Assembly: GCA_964574205.1 (NCBI GenBank)
Contig: CAZNLW010000002.1
Span: forward strand, 1-58,370
Direction of reading: 5' to 3'
Origin: an uncultured Rhizobiaceae bacterium
Lineage (GTDB): Bacteria > Pseudomonadota > Alphaproteobacteria > Rhizobiales > Aestuariivirgaceae
Length of the DNA stretch: 58,370 nt
The notes beneath the pieces were generated by a model. That model was given only the letters and a program-made list of their open reading frames with translations, was not told the DNA's origin and ran no database searches. The position numbers and the translations under genes were made by a program. This document shows positions 31,325 through 41,586 of this stretch, piece by piece (positions within the stretch are counted from its first letter, which is position 1; every line of letters begins with the position of its first letter).

Positions 31325-32107
31325 GGCATTCGCCGCCGGAAATCCGAACCGTGCCGTCAATACCGCCAGCAGCGACGCCATTTCGTGATGCACCTCCAGT
31401 CCGGCCGGCGGCGCGGGGGCCCGCACCATCACCACCGGCAGACCCAGCTGCCGCGCCGCCAGAAGGCGCGGTCGACCAGAATCACCACCGCTGTTGCGGC
31501 AGACGAGCCAGGCGGCCCGCACGGCCTGCAACAGCGCCCTCTCGCCGGCCACCGTGCCCCGCGGCCCCTCCCTGAGCACGCGCCAGCGCGGCGGCAGGGC
31601 CTTTTGCGGTGCTGCCAGCATGCGCGCGTGCAGCCACAGATCGCCACGAAAAGCCATCTGCATCAGCCCCCGGCTGCCCAGCATCGCCAGCCCCCGGCTC
31701 TCCCGCGGCAGCACCCGCCCGGCCGCGGCGATGCTGTCCACCTCGAGCCAGCGGTCCCCGTGGCCGGGCACCCAGGGCCGCCGCGCCAGACGAAAGCCCG
31801 GCAGACCCAGCATGCGCACGGCCTTGGCTACATGGGCCTGCATGCGCGTGGCAAAGGGATGCGTGGCATCCACCACCGCCGCCACCCTCTGTTGCCGCAG
31901 CCACGCCGCAAGCCCGGCCGAGCCGCCAAAGCCCCCCGTCTGCACGGCCACGCCCGCCGGCACCCGCGGCCGCGCTGTCACCCCGGCCAAGGCATAGATG
32001 ACGCGAAATCCCGCTTCCGCCAGCGTCGTGGCCAGCCGCCGCCCCTCTGCCGTGCCGCCCAGCACCAGCACGACCGGCGATCGTCTGTCCCCTTCGCCAC
32101 GCCTCAT
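31319..32107 (-). CDS. cobK: Precorrin-6A/cobalt-precorrin-6A reductase
   Basis: LVLGGTAEG, GGFGG, VDATHPFA, RNSGG. Confidence 0.92.
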   Translation of the reverse strand: MRRGEGDRRSPVVLVLGGTAEGRRLATTLAEAGFRVIYALAGVTARPRVPAGVAVQTGGFGGSAGLAAWLRQQRVAAVVDATHPFATRMQAHVAKAVRMLGLPGFRLARRPWVPGHGDRWLEVDSIAAAGRVLPRESRGLAMLGSRGLMQMAFRGDLWLHARMLAAPQKALPPRWRVLREGPRGTVAGERALLQAVRAAWLVCRNSGGDSGRPRLLAARQLGLPVVMVRAPAPPAGLEVHHEMASLLAVLTARFGFPAANAS

Positions 32108-33225
32108 GCCCCCTTGCCCGGCACCGGCATGTCCTCTTCCGCCACCGAAGCCAGCACCCGCCCGTCTCGGCTCACGATCACCACGCCGGCCCGCACGGGC
32201 GCTTCCCGAAGCACATCCCGCACCGTCACCAGCGCCCGCCGGGCGATCTCTGCGGCAAGGTTCACGCCCTCGTCCGCCGCCAGCGCCATCGCCAGGGCCA
32301 CGGTGGGCGCCGCAGCCACCGCCTTTGTCAGCGCCATCGTGCCGCCGGCGGCCGCACCCCACCGCGCCAGGGCCTCCATGTCCACTCGTGCGCGCGAGGA
32401 ATGCAGGTCCAGCGCCCCCTGCGCCAGCTTTGCCATCTTGCCCGGGCCGCCCGCAATCGTCAGCCGCGGCACGGGATGCTGCCGCACGTATTTCAGAAGC
32501 CCGCCGACAAAGCCGCCCATGTCGATCAGCGCCGGATCCGGCAGCTTGAACAACCGCTGCACCACCCGTTCGGACGTGCGCCCCGTGCAGCCCGCGACAT
32601 GCTGAAACTTCAACGCCCGCGCCACATCCACGCCTTCGCGGATGGAGGCGATCCATGCCGCGCAGGAATAGGGCCGCACGATACCCGTGGTGCCCAGGAT
32701 CGACAGCCCGCCCACGATGCCGAGCCGCGGGTTCATGGTGCGCTCAGCCAGCACCGCCCCGCCGGGAATGGCGATCTCCACCTCCACGTCCGGTTCAGGT
32801 CCGCCAGTCACGTCCATCAGGGCCTCGCGGATCATCAGCCGTGGCCCCGGGTTGATGGCCGGCTCCCCCGGCGGCACCGGCAACCCCGGCAGGGTCACCG
32901 TGCCCACACCCTCCCCGGCCAGGAAACGGATGCCCCGTCCGCCGTCCGGCCTGGGCCGCACCGTGGCCAGGATCAGCACGCCATGGGTGATGTCCGGATC
33001 ATCCCCGGCATCCTTGACCACGCCGGCCCGCGCCCAGCCCTCGCCGGCCACCTGCGCCGCCAGGGCAAAACAGGGGCGCTCGCCCCCCGGCAGACGGATG
33101 CACACGGGATCGGGGAACCCCCCCTTCCGAAAGGCGAAAAAGGCTGCCTTCGCGGCTGCCGCCGCACAGGCGCCGGTGCTGAATCCCGTGCGCAGACGCG
33201 CCTTTTTTCCAGAGACTTGTTCCAT
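32104..33225 (-). CDS. cbiD: Cobalt-precorrin-5B C1-methyltransferase
   Basis: LRTGFSTGACA, KDAGDDPDITHG, NPRLGIVGGLSILGTTGIV, GKMAKLAQG.LDLHS. Confidence 0.95.
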   Translation of the reverse strand: MEQVSGKKARLRTGFSTGACAAAAAKAAFFAFRKGGFPDPVCIRLPGGERPCFALAAQVAGEGWARAGVVKDAGDDPDITHGVLILATVRPRPDGGRGIRFLAGEGVGTVTLPGLPVPPGEPAINPGPRLMIREALMDVTGGPEPDVEVEIAIPGGAVLAERTMNPRLGIVGGLSILGTTGIVRPYSCAAWIASIREGVDVARALKFQHVAGCTGRTSERVVQRLFKLPDPALIDMGGFVGGLLKYVRQHPVPRLTIAGGPGKMAKLAQGALDLHSSRARVDMEALARWGAAAGGTMALTKAVAAAPTVALAMALAADEGVNLAAEIARRALVTVRDVLREAPVRAGVVIVSRDGRVLASVAEEDMPVPGKGA

Positions 33226-33288
33226 GCCGGCATGGTATATACAAACGCCTCGAACCGACAACGTCGGAAAGCGTCGAAAGCCCGCCAC

Positions 33289-34149
33289 ATGACGGAACAC
33301 CCTGCCAGAACCGGACCGGATTCCTCCCGTGCATCAGGGGGCGGTCTGCCCTCCCTGCCCCCCTTTCGTCCGGGTGAGGTATGGCTCGTCGGCGCCGGTC
33401 CGGGAGCGCCGGCGCTGCTCACGCTTGCGGCCTGGCAGGCCCTGCAGCGGGCCGATGTCATCGTGCATGACGCCCTCGTCAGCGAGGCCGTGCTGGCACT
33501 GGCGCCGGATACGGTCCGCCGTTGTCCCGTGGGCAAGCGCGGCGGTGATCCTGCCTCCGTTCCCCAGGCCGAGATCACGGCAACGCTTGTCGATCTGGCC
33601 CGGCAGGGCCTGCGCGTGCTGCGCCTGAAGGGCGGCGATCCCTTCCTCTTTGGCCGCGGGCCGGAGGAGGCGCGCGCGCTCGTGCAGGCCGGCATCCCCT
33701 TCCGCATCATCCCCGGCATTCCTGCCGGCATCGGCGGGCTGGCCCTGGCTGGCATTCCCGTCACCACCGGCGAGACCAACAGCAGCGTTCTCTTTCTCAC
33801 CGGTCACGATGCCACGGGTGGCCTGCCGGATCTGGACTGGCCCGCCATTGCCCGCGCCGGCGAGGTGATCGTGCTCTACATGGGCCTGCGCAAGGCCCGC
33901 GCCATCGCCGCCCGCCTGCTTGCGGCCGGCCGCGCAGGACACACGCCCGTCGCCTTCGTCTCCCGCGCCAGCCTGCCGGACCAGGCCGTCACGGAGGCCA
34001 CCCTCGCCGACCTCGTGGAAGGTCGGGTGGACCCTTCGGCCATTCCCCGCCCCGCGCTCGTGGTCATCGGTGCCACCGTGCCCTGGCGGCAGTGGCTGGC
34101 GCAGGATCCGACATCGGTCGCAGACAGCCGGGAGGACGATCGTGGCTGA
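33289..34149 (+). CDS. cobA: Uroporphyrinogen-III C-methyltransferase (SUMT)
   Basis: VWLVGAGPG, HDALV, RLKGGDPFLFGRG, LYMG. Confidence 0.93.
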   Translation: MTEHPARTGPDSSRASGGGLPSLPPFRPGEVWLVGAGPGAPALLTLAAWQALQRADVIVHDALVSEAVLALAPDTVRRCPVGKRGGDPASVPQAEITATLVDLARQGLRVLRLKGGDPFLFGRGPEEARALVQAGIPFRIIPGIPAGIGGLALAGIPVTTGETNSSVLFLTGHDATGGLPDLDWPAIARAGEVIVLYMGLRKARAIAARLLAAGRAGHTPVAFVSRASLPDQAVTEATLADLVEGRVDPSAIPRPALVVIGATVPWRQWLAQDPTSVADSREDDRG

Positions 34150-35548
34150 GACCGTGATCATCGCCGCCGCCGCCACCGGCAGCGGCAAGACGCTGATTAC
34201 CGCTGCCCTGCTGGCCCGCATGCGCGCCAACGGTGTGGCGGTGGCCGCTGCCAAGTCCGGCCCGGACTACATCGATCCCGCCTTCCTTGCCGCCGCCAGC
34301 GGCCGCCCCTGCCCCAATCTCGACCCCTGGGCCATGGGTCGGCCGCAGCTGGCCCGTATCCTCGCCGCCCTGGCGGAAGAGGCAGAGATGCTGCTCATCG
34401 AGGGTGTCATGGGCCTCTTCGACGGCGCTCCTGACGGCAGTGGCACTACCGCCGATCTCGCGGCCGCCTTTGGCCTGCCCGTCGTCGTGGTGCTGGATGC
34501 CGCCCGCCAGGGCGCCACGCTGGCTGCCCTCGCCCGTGGCCTGGCCATGCATCACGAGCAGGTGCGCGTGGCCGGCTTCATCCTCAACAATGTCACGCAC
34601 TCCCGCCACGGCGAACGCCTCGCCGCCGCCATCGAGCACGTTACCGGCCGGCCCGTCATCGGCATGGTGCCACGCCAGGTCGCCTTGTCCCTGCCGGCGC
34701 GCCATCTGGGGCTGGTGCAGGCCATGGAACATGACCGCCTGGACGACCGGCTTGCCCACGCCGCGAAAGAGATCGGCCGCCATGTCTCTCTCTGCCGCCT
34801 GGCCAATCTTGCCCGCACCCTGCACATCGAGGGCCGCGCGCTGACAGCCCCCCCGGGACACGAGACCGCAACCGCGTTCCTCCCGCCCCTGGGCCAGCGC
34901 ATCGCCGTGGCCCGCGATGCGGCCTTCGGCTTTGCCTATGCCCACTGGCTCCAGGACTGGCACAGGGCCGGCGCGGAGATCGTGCCCTTCTCCCCGCTCG
35001 CCGACGAGGCGCCGGACGAGACCGCCGATGCCGTCTTTCTCCCTGGCGGCTATCCGGAGCTGCACGCCTGCCGCCTGGCCAGTGCCTGCCGCTTTCGCGA
35101 AGGGCTGAAGGCTGCCGCCCGCCGCGGTGCCCTCGTCTATGGCGAATGCGGTGGCTACATGGTCCTCGGTCGGGCCCTGATCGACAAGGAAGGGAACCGC
35201 CACGAGATGACCGGCCTGCTGCCGCTCGTCACCTCCTTTGCCGAACGCCGTCTCCAGCTGGGCTACAGGGAGATGGAACATCATGGTCCCCTGCCCTGGC
35301 CCACGCAACTCGCCGGCCACGAGTTTCACTACACGACTGTGGCGGCGGCCGACGAGACCCCGCCGCCCCTGTTCACGGCCGTGCGCGATGCGACCGGCGC
35401 CTCCCTGCCCGCTGCCGGCATGCGCATCGGCAATGTCTGCGGCTCCTACCTGCATGTCATTGCTCCGGCACCGGGAGAGACCCGCCTGCCGCCGCTTGTG
35501 CCCCTGCCTGCGACCCGCCGGCACTTCCCGGGAGACTGCGCATCATGA
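34142..35548 (+). CDS. cobB: Cobyrinate/hydrogenobyrinate a,c-diamide synthase
   Basis: [40 protein letters not shown]. Confidence 0.94.
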   Translation: MAETVIIAAAATGSGKTLITAALLARMRANGVAVAAAKSGPDYIDPAFLAAASGRPCPNLDPWAMGRPQLARILAALAEEAEMLLIEGVMGLFDGAPDGSGTTADLAAAFGLPVVVVLDAARQGATLAALARGLAMHHEQVRVAGFILNNVTHSRHGERLAAAIEHVTGRPVIGMVPRQVALSLPARHLGLVQAMEHDRLDDRLAHAAKEIGRHVSLCRLANLARTLHIEGRALTAPPGHETATAFLPPLGQRIAVARDAAFGFAYAHWLQDWHRAGAEIVPFSPLADEAPDETADAVFLPGGYPELHACRLASACRFREGLKAAARRGALVYGECGGYMVLGRALIDKEGNRHEMTGLLPLVTSFAERRLQLGYREMEHHGPLPWPTQLAGHEFHYTTVAAADETPPPLFTAVRDATGASLPAAGMRIGNVCGSYLHVIAPAPGETRLPPLVPLPATRRHFPGDCAS

Positions 35549-37149
35549 CCGCCCGCGTGCTGATGATCCAGGGAACCGGTTCCGGCGTGGGCAAGAGCCT
35601 CGTCTGCGCCGCATTGTGCCGCCTGCTGGCCAATGCGGGAATGTCCGTGATGCCCTTCAAGCCGCAGAACATGTCCAACAACGCCGCGGTTACCGTGGAC
35701 GGGGGCGAGATCGGCCGCGCCCAGGCCCTGCAGGCCCGTGCGGCCCGCCGCGCCCCACTGGCCGACATGAATCCTGTGCTTCTCAAGCCGGAGAGCGAGC
35801 GCGGCGCCCAGGTCATCCTCCAGGGGCGCCGCCGCGAGACACTCGCTGCCCGAGAATACTTCCGCCGCCGCGAGTCGTTTCTGCCGCATGTGATCGAGAG
35901 TTTCGCGCGCCTCGCCCGCCGCGCCGACATCGTCATCGTCGAGGGTGCCGGCTCTCCGGCCGAGGTCAACCTGCGCCATGGCGACATCGCCAACATGGGC
36001 TTCGCCACCGCCGTGGACGCCCCCGTGGTGCTCCTCGGCGACATCCACCGGGGCGGCGTCATCGCCTCCCTTGTCGGCACCCTGGCAGTGCTCGATGGCC
36101 CCGATGCCGGGCGGATCCGCGCCTTTCTGATCAACAACTTCCACGGCGACCCTGCCCTTTTTGAAGACGGTCGCCACTTCATCGAGGTGCGCACACAGCG
36201 CCCCGTGCTCGGCATCATTCCCCATTTTCCGGAAGCCCGCCTGCTGCCGGCAGAGGACAGCATGGTCCTGGAGTCACCGGCGCCGGCAGCAGCAGGCAGG
36301 CATCACGGCCAGTGCCTGCGCATCGCCGTGCCGCGCCTGCCACGCATCGCCAACTTCGATGACCTGACCCCTCTGCAGGCGGAACCCGGCGTGGAGGTGG
36401 AGATCATATCGCCCGGCCAGCCCCTGCCTGCCCGGGCCGATGTGATTCTCCTGCCCGGCAGCAAGAGCACCCGCAGTGACCTGGCAGCCCTGCGCGCCGA
36501 AGGCTGGGACATTGACATTGTCGCCCATGTGCGCCGTGGCGGCCGCGTGTTCGGCATCTGCGGCGGCTATCAGATGCTGGGCCGCATCATCCGTGACCCT
36601 GATGGACTGGAAGGCCCGCCCGGCGAAACGCCGGGGCTGGCCCTGCTGGATGTGGAAACCACGCTGGCAGCGGAAAAGACTACCCGCCGCGTGCTGGCCG
36701 AGCATGTGGCGAGCGGCACGCTGATCAAGGCCTACGAGATCCACCTCGGCCGCACCATGGGGCCGGACTGCGCCCGCCCCTTCGCCCGCATCAAACGCGG
36801 CCCCGACCCGGCCGTGGAACACTGCATGCACGAAACCTCCCACCGCCCGGCCCGTTCGTCCGCGCCGGAACCTTCTGCCGGGTGCACCTCCGTGTCCGGC
36901 GCCGGTCAGGCCTGGCAGGATGACGGCGCCACCTCGCCGGACGGCCGCGTGCAGGGCACCTATCTGCATGGCGCCTTCGAGGCGGATGCCTTCCGTCGCG
37001 CCTGGATCGAGGCCCTGGGCGGCCGTGGCAGTGACCTCGCCCACGGGACACGCATCGAACGCCTGCTGGACGACCTCGCCGTCCATGTTGCCGAGCACGT
37101 GGACATCGATGCCTTGCTCGCCATCGCCAGACGACCGCGCCTGCCATGA
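35545..37149 (+). CDS. cobQ: Cobyric acid synthase
   Basis: [47 protein letters not shown]. Confidence 0.96.
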   Translation: MTARVLMIQGTGSGVGKSLVCAALCRLLANAGMSVMPFKPQNMSNNAAVTVDGGEIGRAQALQARAARRAPLADMNPVLLKPESERGAQVILQGRRRETLAAREYFRRRESFLPHVIESFARLARRADIVIVEGAGSPAEVNLRHGDIANMGFATAVDAPVVLLGDIHRGGVIASLVGTLAVLDGPDAGRIRAFLINNFHGDPALFEDGRHFIEVRTQRPVLGIIPHFPEARLLPAEDSMVLESPAPAAAGRHHGQCLRIAVPRLPRIANFDDLTPLQAEPGVEVEIISPGQPLPARADVILLPGSKSTRSDLAALRAEGWDIDIVAHVRRGGRVFGICGGYQMLGRIIRDPDGLEGPPGETPGLALLDVETTLAAEKTTRRVLAEHVASGTLIKAYEIHLGRTMGPDCARPFARIKRGPDPAVEHCMHETSHRPARSSAPEPSAGCTSVSGAGQAWQDDGATSPDGRVQGTYLHGAFEADAFRRAWIEALGGRGSDLAHGTRIERLLDDLAVHVAEHVDIDALLAIARRPRLP

Positions 37150-37820
37150 CGGAAACTGCCGACACTGGAGCCCCTGCCACCTGGAGCGCCCCCTTCGACG
37201 AGGCCTTTCGCACGGCCTTCGCGCAGCTCGTTCGCCTGCGCCGCGACATCCGCGCCTTTCGCCCTGATCCGGTGGATTCCGGTGTATTGCATCGTTGCAT
37301 GGAGCTGGCGCATCATGCGCCTTCCGTGGGCTATGCCCAGCCCTGGCGCTTCGTGCAGGTCACCGACCGCACCCGCATCGAGGCCATTGCACAGGCCTTC
37401 GAGCGCGCCAATGCCGAGGCGCTGGCGGCCACCGAGGAGAGCGACCGGGCCCTTTACGCCCGCCTCAAGCTCGCGGGCATCCGCGAGGCGCCGGTGCAGA
37501 TGGCCGTTTTCTGTGACGAGGCCACAAAGACCGGCCGCCGCCTGGGCGCCCGCACCATGCCGGAAACGCGAGCCTACTCCGTGGTCTGCGCCATACACAC
37601 CCTGTGGCTGGCCCTGCGTGCCCACGGCCTGGGCCTGGGCTGGGTCTCCATCCTGCATCCGCAGGATGTCGCCGCGGCCCTCGGCACCCCGCCCGAATGG
37701 CGCTTCATCGCCTGGCTGTGCATTGGCCACCCGGCCGTGCCGCCACACGAGACGCCGGAGCTGGAACGCGTCGGCTGGGAACGCCGCCTGCCCCTGGAAA
37801 AGGTGTGGACAACCTTGTGA
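37146..37820 (+). CDS. bluB: 5,6-dimethylbenzimidazole synthase
   Basis: [31 protein letters not shown]...YS, GLGWVSI. Confidence 0.94.
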   Translation: MTETADTGAPATWSAPFDEAFRTAFAQLVRLRRDIRAFRPDPVDSGVLHRCMELAHHAPSVGYAQPWRFVQVTDRTRIEAIAQAFERANAEALAATEESDRALYARLKLAGIREAPVQMAVFCDEATKTGRRLGARTMPETRAYSVVCAIHTLWLALRAHGLGLGWVSILHPQDVAAALGTPPEWRFIAWLCIGHPAVPPHETPELERVGWERRLPLEKVWTTL

Positions 37821-37902
37821 TGCCTTGTGGACAGCACAGGAAACGTCTGGCCACTGGCCAATCACCCGACGCAGACGGACACGGGGATCGGGCCATTGCG
37901 AC

Positions 37903-39075
37903 ATGATCGTCCTGGACGGGATAACCGAACTGCAGGATGCCTTCCGGGCGCTTGCCGCCCTGGGTCAGGCGGCCATGGCCTTGCTCGCGGTCGCTCTGGA
38001 GGGGCTGCAGCGGCTGGCCGGCCCGCTGGGCGATCTTTTCACGCGTGCCTTCCAGGCCCTGATCACCCATCTGGCCGACCTGCCCGTGCGCCAGACCCTG
38101 GGCGTGGCCCTTGTGGCCATGGCTGTGGAGCGCCTTGTCGGCTGGCCGGCTTTCCTGCAGCGGCGCATCGGCCATCCCGTGGAATGGATCGGTGACATGA
38201 TCGCCGACCTCGAATCCCGCCTCAACGATCATGAGCGTCTTTCGCCGTTGGCCTTAAGGCTGCGGGGTCTGGCGGCCATGCTCTTTCTCGTGCTTTTCTG
38301 GGGGCTGCTGGCCATTCTCGTGGTGCTGCTCTTGCGCCTTTTGCTCCCCGGCTGGCACACGCTGGCGGAAGGCCTGCTGGCCAGCAGCCTGCTGGCCCAG
38401 AAATCGCTGAAGGATCACGTGCGCGCCGTGCATGCGGCTCTCGTCCGACGCCGCCATCCCGAGGATCTGACCGCCTCCCGCCATGCCGTGAGCCGCATTG
38501 TCGGGCGCGATACCACGGGAATGGACGAGACGCAGGTGGTCAAGGCAGCCATCGAGAGCCTGGCCGAGAACACCTCCGACGGCATCATCGCCCCGGCCTT
38601 CTGGCTGGCCCTTCTGGGCCTGCCCGGCATCGTGATCTACAAGGTCATCAACACCGCCGACAGCATGATCGGCCACAGGCATGCCCACATCCGCCACTTC
38701 GGCTGGGCTGCCGCCCGCCTGGATGACGTGGCGAATTACATCCCTGCCCGCATCACCGGCCTGCTCTATGCCATGGCCGCTGCCCTCACCTCGCCCCGCG
38801 CCGGTTCCCGCGCCCTGCATGTGATGTGGCGCGATGCCCGCAAGCATGTCTCGCCCAACGCCGGCTGGCCCGAGGCCGCTCTTGCCGGCGCCATGGACAT
38901 CTCGCTTGGCGGTCCGCGCAGCTACCGTGGCATGATGGTGGACCTGTCCTGGATGGGAGACGGCCGCGAGGGTCTGGGCGCGGACGACATTCCTCGTGCC
39001 CTCGCTCTCTATCGCCGGTTGCTCACCCTGACCCTCGTGCTTGGCTTCGTCATCTGGCTCTATCTGCCGGACTGA
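37903..39075 (+). CDS. cobD: Adenosylcobinamide-phosphate synthase (CobD/CbiB)
   Basis: HPVEWIG, IVGRDT, ESLAENTSDG, YKVINTADSMIGH, SPNAGWPEAA. Confidence 0.93.
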   Translation: MIVLDGITELQDAFRALAALGQAAMALLAVALEGLQRLAGPLGDLFTRAFQALITHLADLPVRQTLGVALVAMAVERLVGWPAFLQRRIGHPVEWIGDMIADLESRLNDHERLSPLALRLRGLAAMLFLVLFWGLLAILVVLLLRLLLPGWHTLAEGLLASSLLAQKSLKDHVRAVHAALVRRRHPEDLTASRHAVSRIVGRDTTGMDETQVVKAAIESLAENTSDGIIAPAFWLALLGLPGIVIYKVINTADSMIGHRHAHIRHFGWAAARLDDVANYIPARITGLLYAMAAALTSPRAGSRALHVMWRDARKHVSPNAGWPEAALAGAMDISLGGPRSYRGMMVDLSWMGDGREGLGADDIPRALALYRRLLTLTLVLGFVIWLYLPD

Positions 39076-39113
39076 CGGCTCGTGAACGCACGGCGGCGCG
39101 CTGGCATGTCCGC

Positions 39114-39707
39114 TCATGCATGCCCGGCATCCGCCGAGAGAAAGCCGGGATCGATGCCCAGCCTGGCCAGGGCCTTTTCGTAGCGCTTCTCCAGGGGCGT
39201 GTGAAAGAGGATGTCCTCGTCCGCCTCGCAGGTGAGCCAGGCATTCTGGGCCATCTCGCTCTCGAGCTGTCCCGGCGCCCAGCCGGCATAGCCGAGCGCC
39301 AGCAGCGCATGTTCCGGGCCTCGCCCCTGCGCCATGTCCTTCAGGATCTCCAGCGTGGCCGTCAGCCCTACGCTGGCGGAGATGGGCAGCGTGCCCTCGG
39401 GGCGAAAGTAGTCCGTGCTGTGCAGCACGAAACCGCGCGTGGGCTCCACCGGCCCGCCCACCAGCACCGACTGCCGCCGCAGCGATTCCGGCAGTTCGAT
39501 GGCGGCCGCCGCCTCGTCGATGATGCCGAGCTTCACCAGCAGGCTCGCCACATCCAGATCGTCTGCCGGCCGGTTGATGACCAGCCCCATGGCGCCTTCC
39601 TCCGTATGGGCGCACATGTAGATGACCGTCTGATCGAAACGGGGATCCATCATGCCGGGCATGGCGATGAGAAACTGCCCGCCGTAGAATGCCTGCGAAC
39701 TGCCCAT
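39114..39707 (-). CDS. YqgE/AlgH (UPF0301) family protein
   Basis: LIAMPGM.DPRF, GAMGLVIN, GGPV, GFVLH, LGYAGWAPGQLE. Confidence 0.93.
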   Translation of the reverse strand: MGSSQAFYGGQFLIAMPGMMDPRFDQTVIYMCAHTEEGAMGLVINRPADDLDVASLLVKLGIIDEAAAAIELPESLRRQSVLVGGPVEPTRGFVLHSTDYFRPEGTLPISASVGLTATLEILKDMAQGRGPEHALLALGYAGWAPGQLESEMAQNAWLTCEADEDILFHTPLEKRYEKALARLGIDPGFLSADAGHA

Positions 39708-40061
39708 GGTGCCTGCCTTTCGTGCTGTTCCGTCTGGCGCCTGCCGCATGAGCTGCTGGCCCGGCGCAGATCGCCGTTTTCATTCTAGCACAATATGGGA
39801 CCGAAGGTGGGCAGGGTTCAATGCCCGGAGCCGGCCCGCTCCATGGGTGCGCCTGTTCGACTGACGCGAAAGTGAATGGCGCCCTTGCCTGCCACCATGC
39901 TAGGAGGAGGGCACGATATTTCCTTCAGATATGACAGACGGCCCGACGACCTTTCGCTGCAAGCCGGCACGACGGAGGGAACGCGCCACCCATGAAGCGC
40001 ATGAAGCGACAGCCGAAACGACAACCCATCCAGCCCTGTCCCATGCGGAGTCATGAGCCGC

Positions 40062-40930
40062 CACGACCGGCCCTCAGCCGCCGCTGCTTGCTTGCCGGGG
40101 GTATGGCGCTGGCTACAGGCCTGGCCCTGCCTGCCACCGTTCTGCCCCTGCCTTGCGCCACGGCCGCGCCGGCAGCGGAAGTGCGCCATGACCATTCCAC
40201 CGTGCGCCTGCTGGACGGTGGCGTCATCGATGGCCGGCGCCTGGCTGGCATCGCCATCTTCCTCGCCGATGGCTGGAAGACCTACTGGAAGATGCCGGGC
40301 GATTCCGGCATGCCACCGTCCTTCGACTTCTCCCGCTCGCGGAACCTGAAGCGCGCCACCGTGTTGTGGCCCGCGCCTGCGCGCTTTGCCGACCCGGAGC
40401 TGGGCGAGACCATCGGCTACAAGAAGGAGGTGGTCTTTCCCGTCATCGTCGAGCCGGCGGATCCCGCACGTCCCGTGCATCTCCGCGTCGTCATGGACTA
40501 CGCCCTGTGCAACGACATCTGCATCCCCGCGCAGGCGGCGCTTGCGCGCACCCTGCCCCCCGCCGGCGAAACGGTTGCGCCCACGCCCGAGGCGGCCCTC
40601 ATCGCCCGCTATCTTGCCCGCGTCCCCCGCGCCGATGGCAAGGGGCCGCAGGTAGCCCGCGCCTACGTGCGCCCCGGCAAGGGGCGACCGGAGCTCGTGC
40701 TGCACCTGAAGGGCGAAGGTCTGGACGAGAAGACGGACATCCTGGTGGAAGGACCGGTGATCGCCGCCTTCTGCCACCCCCGCCATCTGGGCCCGCAGAA
40801 GGACGGCACGGTGGCCTACGCCCTGCCCGTGGACGGCATCGGGAAGCCGGACGACCTGAAGGGGGCCGACCTGACACTCACCATTCTGGCAGGCGAAACC
40901 CGCGTTGAGCGCAGACTGAGGCTTGAATAG
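40062..40930 (+). CDS. DsbD N-terminal (protein-disulfide reductase) domain protein with Tat signal (start uncertain)
   Basis: LSRRCLL Tat motif, GWKTYWKMPGDSGMPP, CNDICIP. Confidence 0.82.
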
Positions 40931-41028
40931 TCTGCGAGGGAAGAAATCGGTCCGGCATCGGCAACGCCCTTCATTCGCACGTTGGCAAGGGAGAAGGGCA
41001 CACGTTCGACACCAGGGGAGGACACGCC

Positions 41029-41514
41029 ATGACGATCAAGGTCGGAGACCGCCTGCCCGAGGTCACCTTCCAGGTCATGGGCGACAATGGCCCGGAAGCC
41101 ATCACCACCCGGGACTACTTCGGGGGGCGCAAGGTGGTGCTCTTTGCCATCCCCGGCGCCTTCACGCCCACCTGCCAGGCGCGCCACATCCCCTCCTATC
41201 TGGAGAGTCTGGACCGGCTGAAGGAGAAGGGCGTGGATGCCGTGGCCTGCACCGCCGTCAATGACGTGTTCGTCCTGGATGCCCAGGCCGAGGCTGCCGG
41301 TGCCAGGGGGCGCATCGACTTTCTTGCCGATGGCAATGGCGAGTTCGCCCGCGCCCTGGGGCTCAACATCGATCTTTCCGCCGCCGGCCTCGGCGAACGT
41401 TCCACGCGCTATGCCATGATCGTGGAAGACGGCCAGGTGAAAGCCCTTTTCGTGGAAGAGAATCCGGGCGAGATGACCGTTTCCGCGGCAGACAGCGTTC
41501 TTGCGGCCCTCTGA
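41029..41514 (+). CDS. Peroxiredoxin (Prx5 type)
   Basis: PGAFTPTC, VNDVFV, ADGNGEF, RSTRYAM. Confidence 0.93.
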   Translation: MTIKVGDRLPEVTFQVMGDNGPEAITTRDYFGGRKVVLFAIPGAFTPTCQARHIPSYLESLDRLKEKGVDAVACTAVNDVFVLDAQAEAAGARGRIDFLADGNGEFARALGLNIDLSAAGLGERSTRYAMIVEDGQVKALFVEENPGEMTVSAADSVLAAL

Positions 41515-41525
41515 GCCACGCGACC

Positions 41526-41584
41526 GTGGAGAAAGATCTCTCAGCCGTCATGGCAGGCTGAAAAACTTTTCTTCACGTTCGACC
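41526..41584 (+). repeat. Multi-hairpin repeat family copy E: H3 + right end only
   Basis: CAGCCGTCATGGCAGGCTGAAAAACTTTTCTTCACGTTCGACC matches the ends of copies C and D. Confidence 0.8.
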
Positions 41585-41586
41585 GA

